In this document: positions 60,601 to 64,000 of the stretch, piece by piece
Layout of the letters: every line of letters begins with the position of its first letter
Numbering within the stretch: the first letter of the stretch is position 1
NCBI GenBank assembly: GCA_026389845.1
Contig: JAPLHB010000190.1
Location: forward strand, 9,845 to 73,844
Reading direction: 5' to 3'
DNA from: Chloroflexota bacterium
GTDB taxonomy: Bacteria; Chloroflexota; Anaerolineae; CG2-30-64-16
Length of the DNA stretch: 64,000 bases
Made by a program: the position numbers and the translations under genes
Notes under the pieces: model-generated
What the model saw: only the letters and a program-made list of their open reading frames with translations
Database searches by the model: none
What the model was told of the DNA's origin: nothing

Positions 60601-60880
60601 TCAGCGCATCGCGTTCGTGGATCCGAAGGGCATCCGCAACCTGGAAGGAATGAACGACCCCAAGATCCGCTTCCACCAAACGATCAAAGAGTTGGAAGCG
60701 AAGCTCGGCGACCCGACCGTCAAGCTCAGTTCCTTCATCATCTCCAACACGCCGCACCAGCAGGTCGCCTGGTGGGGGCCGGGACTCAGCAAGGATGAGT
60801 TTGAGGCGCGCAATGTGCTGTTTCAGGTGGAGGATCGGGCGACGTATATCAGCAGGATGCTGGAGCAGACGCTGGCCTGA
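57698..60880 (+). CDS. Type III restriction Res-like SF2 helicase with C-terminal PD-(D/E)xK nuclease domain
   Basis: Motif I MATGSGKTLLM, II LVLVDEGHRG (DEGH), III EYSATFG, VI QLFGRGVRLKGR. C-terminal GDG...AFVDPKG endonuclease motif about 85 residues from the end. 1060 aa. Confidence 0.7.
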   Translation: MPKRSRAGSPQLFEARPLRFDQKLVLNRWLISLFEMPSLEQLAKELTNPDLEGFDADNVSHFCTALRNRTVDRAALSGDLLLAYDRNIVRHWRQITERRNRVERRLLYPKPFQYLALLFTEIYLDRYFRDRDRLLADLNAHVAAFNAEAAPDDRLSPYQPEDLNKIAFWMATGSGKTLLMHINILQYQHYLALHDAGESINRVILLTPNEGLSRQHLAEFALSGIEADIFSKDGRSLFAGRAVEIIDIHKLADRSGEKTIAVEAFERNNLVLVDEGHRGASASEEGEWMRRRAELCADGFSFEYSATFGQAVKASGARNLAGIYARCILFDYSYKYFYNDGYGKEYRILNFENDTNEAQRQRYLAACLLAYYQQQKLYADRSAEFRPFLLERPLWIFVGGSVNAVRLQGGRMVSDVTDILLFLASFASPDHKRDMITLIEQFLHGRAGLLDVKGNDLFAGAYTYLVRLGLTAEQVYADILRVIYNAPAGGSLHVVNLKGTDGEIALHLGDHDPFGVINVGDAPRLCKLCEDYRTLVVEEREFTGSLFHAINGSDSTINVLIGSKKFTEGWSSWRVSTMGLMNIGRTEGSEIIQLFGRGVRLKGRDFCLKRSRCIVGIHAPAEMERLETLNVFGIRADYMRQFREYLADEGLQNGEPPIEFVLPVLKNLGEVRLKTLRVKTGYDFKRQGPRPAVGPVSDSLRKYPVEVNWYPKLQALASQHGQPRSQPAELHEARFTDAHLEFLDFDAIYFELQRFKNERTWYNLAIPPEGLRALLRDGDWYRLLIPADEMQFRSFEQVRGWQEIAVALLTKYCDRYYKNCKAAFEQDHLEYADLAPDDGNFVSEYRILVERSQDDIIAKLEEIRRLIARRVLRDVEYGRLHAIMFGQHLYQPLLYVNSELIEVRPVHLNEGERDFVLDLREYYEHHRSFFAGRELYLLRNMSRGRGIGFFEAGNFYPDFILWLVTGDGQRIAFVDPKGIRNLEGMNDPKIRFHQTIKELEAKLGDPTVKLSSFIISNTPHQQVAWWGPGLSKDEFEARNVLFQVEDRATYISRMLEQTLA

Positions 60881-60908
60881 GAGACAGATCAGGCCTGGGA
60901 GATAGCGC

Positions 60909-61937
60909 ATGAAAACGGAATTGATGACGCTGATGTCGCTGATCGTATCTATCCTGGGGCTGATAGTCACAGTGCTGAGTCTCCTTCGAGACTTCTTCAA
61001 TTGGGGGCCGCAGTCCTGGAAGAAGGAGTACTCTCAGTGGATCAGACGCGTCGCCTTCGCTTTTTTGGGTGTCGGGGTTGTTGCCTACGCCATCCTACAG
61101 CACGTCCAGTCCACACAAGGCGCACACGCTGCTGCACAAGCGCAGGCACAGCAGACTGCTCAGGTCGCAACCATCGCGGTGCTTGAGGAATCAAGCCGCT
61201 CTCAAGGAACCGCCCTGGCTGAAGCTCGCGCAACTCAGACACGCCAAGTAGCAACTGCGACCGCGTTAGAGGAAACCTATCTCCGGCGATCCACTGAACT
61301 TGCGCAGGCTCGAGCGACATTGACCGCGCCGAGGACTGCGCCGGTGGCGTTGGCAGCAGATCAACTCGTCGCGCCCGAATCTTTCGATGCCGGATCGCCA
61401 AAATGGAAACTTGACATAGGATGGCGTGCAGAAAACGAAAACGAAAACGGATACCTGTGTGCCAAGAGCGCTGAAGGCCAATCTACCTATGCGACACCAG
61501 AAGAGTCACCTGACGTAGTCAGGTGGTCGGTCACAAGCGACTATGTTTTCGAAGTCGATGTCAAGCCCATCAGTTTCAGCACCAAGGGCATATGCGGAAT
61601 CCTGCTGCGCAAGAGCGATCCAAAGTCGGTCTTTTACGCTCTACACCTCAAACCCACCGGAGTGGCCATTTACGAATGCGCCGGTGATTCCTGCAATAAC
61701 CAACTATGGGAAGCTAAGTCGTCCATCGCATCGGGCGCGTGGCATACCATCTTCGTGCAGGCAGAAGGCGCCGAGATTCTAGTATTATTGGACGGCCGTC
61801 AAGCCCTTCGAGAACGGACAGAGAACAAGAACCCGTACAGCGGTATGCCTCAGCCTCGGGGGATAGCTTGGCTCGACGTCGGATTCGGAGCAGAGTGCTG
61901 TTTCGATAACATTCGGGTCTTGAAGGTACAACGGTAA
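60909..61937 (+). CDS. membrane-anchored DUF1080 (3-keto-disaccharide hydrolase / LamG-like) domain protein
   Basis: Two N-terminal TM helices, Ala/Gln/Thr repeat linker (TAQVATIAVLEE / TRQVATATALEE), C-terminal ...LWEAKSSIASGAWHTIFVQAEG...CFDNIRVLKV typical of DUF1080. GC about 55%. Confidence 0.45.
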   Translation: MKTELMTLMSLIVSILGLIVTVLSLLRDFFNWGPQSWKKEYSQWIRRVAFAFLGVGVVAYAILQHVQSTQGAHAAAQAQAQQTAQVATIAVLEESSRSQGTALAEARATQTRQVATATALEETYLRRSTELAQARATLTAPRTAPVALAADQLVAPESFDAGSPKWKLDIGWRAENENENGYLCAKSAEGQSTYATPEESPDVVRWSVTSDYVFEVDVKPISFSTKGICGILLRKSDPKSVFYALHLKPTGVAIYECAGDSCNNQLWEAKSSIASGAWHTIFVQAEGAEILVLLDGRQALRERTENKNPYSGMPQPRGIAWLDVGFGAECCFDNIRVLKVQR

Positions 61938-62354
61938 GTAGAACCGAAAGGCGCAACTTGACGCCATCCTGGCGCTCTTCGATCAGGCCCGCGCTACCGG
62001 CACTAACTCACCGATGATACTGACTGTCCCCGATGCCGTGGGTGATCAGTAGCCGTTGCGAAGCGGTGTCCAACGTGACGAGGCGCGGCGCTCTCGCAGA
62101 CCAGCTGACGATTCGCCGCACCTTCACTTGAGACAGACATGCCTACCCACCTCTGCATCGCCCCCGCCGCATCCGGCAAGACGGCCTACGTCTTGACCCT
62201 GGCCCGGTGCGCACAGACGTTGGCTTGACACCGTACTGTTAGCTCTCCCCGCTTGCCTCGCCCCCAGACGATTTGACACCCCGGCCGGTCGTGCTATAAT
62301 ACCTAAGAAACTTATGTGATAATCTGACTGGTTCTTCCCCTTTCGAGAGGCCCG

Positions 62355-62474
62355 ATGCAACAAGTAGACCAAATGCGCAAAGGCACCACCACGCGGGCGA
62401 TCCCGAAGCTGCTGGCCGATGCCGATCAGACCATGCACGGCTATCAGATCATCCAGGCGCTGGAAAGGAGACCA
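62355..62474 (+). pseudogene. truncated PadR-family regulator N-terminus (about 40 codons)
   Basis: MRKGTTTRAIPKLLADADQTMHGYQIIQALE resembles the PadR winged-helix start; the reading frame then degenerates and overlaps the next gene. Confidence 0.25.
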
Positions 62475-62478
62475 AACT

Positions 62479-64000
62479 GTGTCCTATCTTCCAACCATCC
62501 AACGACTTGCCGAGAACCCCGAAGAGTTGGAGCTGGCCTACCAGCAGGCCGTCAAGGCCGGCGACCAGGCGGCCTTCGCGGAGGCGGTCGAGGCCAGTTA
62601 TGCCGAGTCGAGCGCGAACCTGCTGCTGGCGGCCTGGCACTATCGCCTGGCCCACGCCGCGGCCGCGGTCAAAAAGCGGGCCGTCGCCTGGGGCTGGGCG
62701 CTGCCGCTGGGCGTGTTCAACGGGCTGCTGCTGTGGCTGCTGTCCGACTTTCAGCGGTTCAAGATCCAGGTGACGAACCCGCTGTACGGCACGGTCCACG
62801 ACGTGATGCCGGCCGTGGTGTTGCTGGCTGCGCCCATCAGCGCGGCGCTGATCGCGCTCTTTCTGACGCTGGCCGGCAAACAGCGTGTGGCCCGCGGCCT
62901 GGCCGTCGGGTTGGGTCTGGCCGCGGGCACGGCCTACGTGCTGCTGCTCGCCCCCCACATCTGGCCGCGGGTGTTCCAGGAGCAGTACCTCGGCCTGATG
63001 GCGCTGCACCTGGGTCTGCTGGCCTGGGCCGCGGTCGGCCTGGTGGCGCTGGCTCGGCGCGGCGATCAGGCGAACCGCTTCGCCTTCCTGGTCAAATCGC
63101 TGGAAGCCGCCGTGGTGGCCGGGCTGCTGGCGATCGCCGGCGGGATCTTCACCGGCATCACTTTCGGCTTGTTCAACGCGTTGGGCATCCAGCCGCCTGA
63201 CGTGGTGATGCGGCTCTTCGGAGCCGGCGGTGGCGGGCTGATCGCGCTCATCGCGGTGGCGCTGGTCTATGATCCGACCGCGACGCCTCAGCAGCAGTCC
63301 TTCGATGAGGGGTTGAGCAAGCTGGTGGCGCTGCTGATGCGCCTGCTGCTGCCGCTGGCGGTGGCGGTGCTGCTGGTCTACCTGGCCTTCATCCCCTTCA
63401 ACTGGCGCCAGCCGTTCGAGAACCGCGATGTGCTGGTGGTCTTCAACGCGCTGCTCTTTGCAGTAGCCGCCCTGCTGATAGGCGCGACGCCGGCGCAGGG
63501 GGCTGAGCTCGGCGAGAAAGCGCAAACCTGGCTGCGCCGTGGGGTGATCGCCCTGGCCGGCCTGACGCTGCTGGTCGGCCTCTACGCGCTGGCCGCGCTC
63601 CTCTATCGCACCGCCAACGACCGCCTGACCCCCAACCGCCTGCTGTTCATCGGCTGGAGCCTGGTCAACATCGCCATCCTGGCCACCCTGTTGATCCAGC
63701 AGGCGCGGGCGGGACGGTCGCGCTGGCTGCCGGCCCTGCACCGCGCCTTCGCCATCGGCATCGTGCTCTATCTGATCTGGTCGTTGGCCGGTCTGCTGGC
63801 TGTGCCCTGGCTGTTCCGAGGCTCTCTCGCGGAGGTGGCCGGCCTGCCGCCGAGCGTCCAACAGCTCGTCTACGAGCGCGCGGACCCCATCCTGCTCAAA
63901 TGCCCCAGCAGCGCGCACATCTACCTGCTGCAAAAGGGCCAAAAGCGCTGGATCCAGGACATCCCCGTCTTCGAGGCCGAGGGCTATCGTTGGGGCGACG
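62479..64000 (+). CDS. polytopic membrane protein (3' partial, runs off window end); absent from the ORF track
   Basis: GTG 62479 preceded by AAAGGAG; frame open to nt 64000 (>500 codons). Translation VSYLPTIQRLAENPEELELAYQQAV... then 10+ TM helices. The antisense 497-aa track ORF is its shadow. Confidence 0.45.
   Translation, partial: MSYLPTIQRLAENPEELELAYQQAVKAGDQAAFAEAVEASYAESSANLLLAAWHYRLAHAAAAVKKRAVAWGWALPLGVFNGLLLWLLSDFQRFKIQVTNPLYGTVHDVMPAVVLLAAPISAALIALFLTLAGKQRVARGLAVGLGLAAGTAYVLLLAPHIWPRVFQEQYLGLMALHLGLLAWAAVGLVALARRGDQANRFAFLVKSLEAAVVAGLLAIAGGIFTGITFGLFNALGIQPPDVVMRLFGAGGGGLIALIAVALVYDPTATPQQQSFDEGLSKLVALLMRLLLPLAVAVLLVYLAFIPFNWRQPFENRDVLVVFNALLFAVAALLIGATPAQGAELGEKAQTWLRRGVIALAGLTLLVGLYALAALLYRTANDRLTPNRLLFIGWSLVNIAILATLLIQQARAGRSRWLPALHRAFAIGIVLYLIWSLAGLLAVPWLFRGSLAEVAGLPPSVQQLVYERADPILLKCPSSAHIYLLQKGQKRWIQDIPVFEAEGYRWGD

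Noticed and set aside
62449-63942. 497-aa minus-strand ORF
   Set aside because: Arg/Gln/Gly-rich low-complexity translation; antisense to a clean membrane-protein frame that has a strong RBS.

Overview
High-GC (~65%) bacterial chromosomal segment; I could not assign a taxon from sequence alone. No rRNA, tRNA or CRISPR was found. Coordinates follow the ORF track, with starts refined by hand; I noticed ±1–2 nt ambiguity in my own indexing in places, so refined starts are approximate.

Layout:
- 1–19.3 kb: housekeeping and accessory genes. A secreted β-helix lipoprotein, a DUF4956/VTC pair, an IS982-family insertion sequence with clean 18-bp terminal inverted repeats, a phosphodiester glycosidase, NUDIX, an ABC exporter, a ThuA / Gfo-Idh-MocA oxidoreductase / GPH-transporter sugar locus, and an Fpg/Nei DNA-glycosylase pseudogene.
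- 19.8–38.8 kb: a complete type 1 BREX operon (brxA-brxB-brxC-pglX-pglZ-brxL), heavily invaded by insertions.
  - Between brxC and pglX: a GxxExxY gene flanked by ~118-bp palindromic tandem repeats.
  - Between pglX and pglZ: a PARIS-like pair (AAA15 ATPase plus DUF4435 Toprim protein), then a chimeric remnant made of the pglZ 5' end fused to the pglX 3' end, then a 675-aa SPFH/flotillin-like protein, then MITE-like repeats.
  - The chimeric remnant means the pglX|pglZ junction is duplicated, consistent with cassette gain or exchange by homologous recombination at this hotspot.
  - pglX carries in-frame heptanucleotide tandem repeats and a low-GC specificity module.
- 39–50 kb: a VOC protein, a PEP-utilising rifampicin-phosphotransferase-like enzyme, a two-component system, an ABC-2 exporter, an unlisted 37-aa Lys-rich ORF, DUF2804 and a STAND NTPase remnant. 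Copies of a MITE-like repeat family with ~17-bp inverted termini are scattered through this region.
- 50.3–61.9 kb: the most unusual cluster. SNF2 helicase, a very low-GC DUF4177 mini-gene, a 1057-aa β-class N6/N4 methyltransferase with a ~480-aa unknown N-terminal extension and a low-GC recognition-domain module, a 347-aa polytopic membrane protein, a Type-III-Res-like helicase plus PD-(D/E)xK nuclease, and a membrane-anchored DUF1080/LamG protein. It resembles neither canonical Type III R-M nor DISARM and is a candidate novel composite defence system.
- 62.4 kb to the window end: a truncated PadR-like fragment and a long membrane-protein ORF that is missing from the ORF track because it has no stop inside the window.
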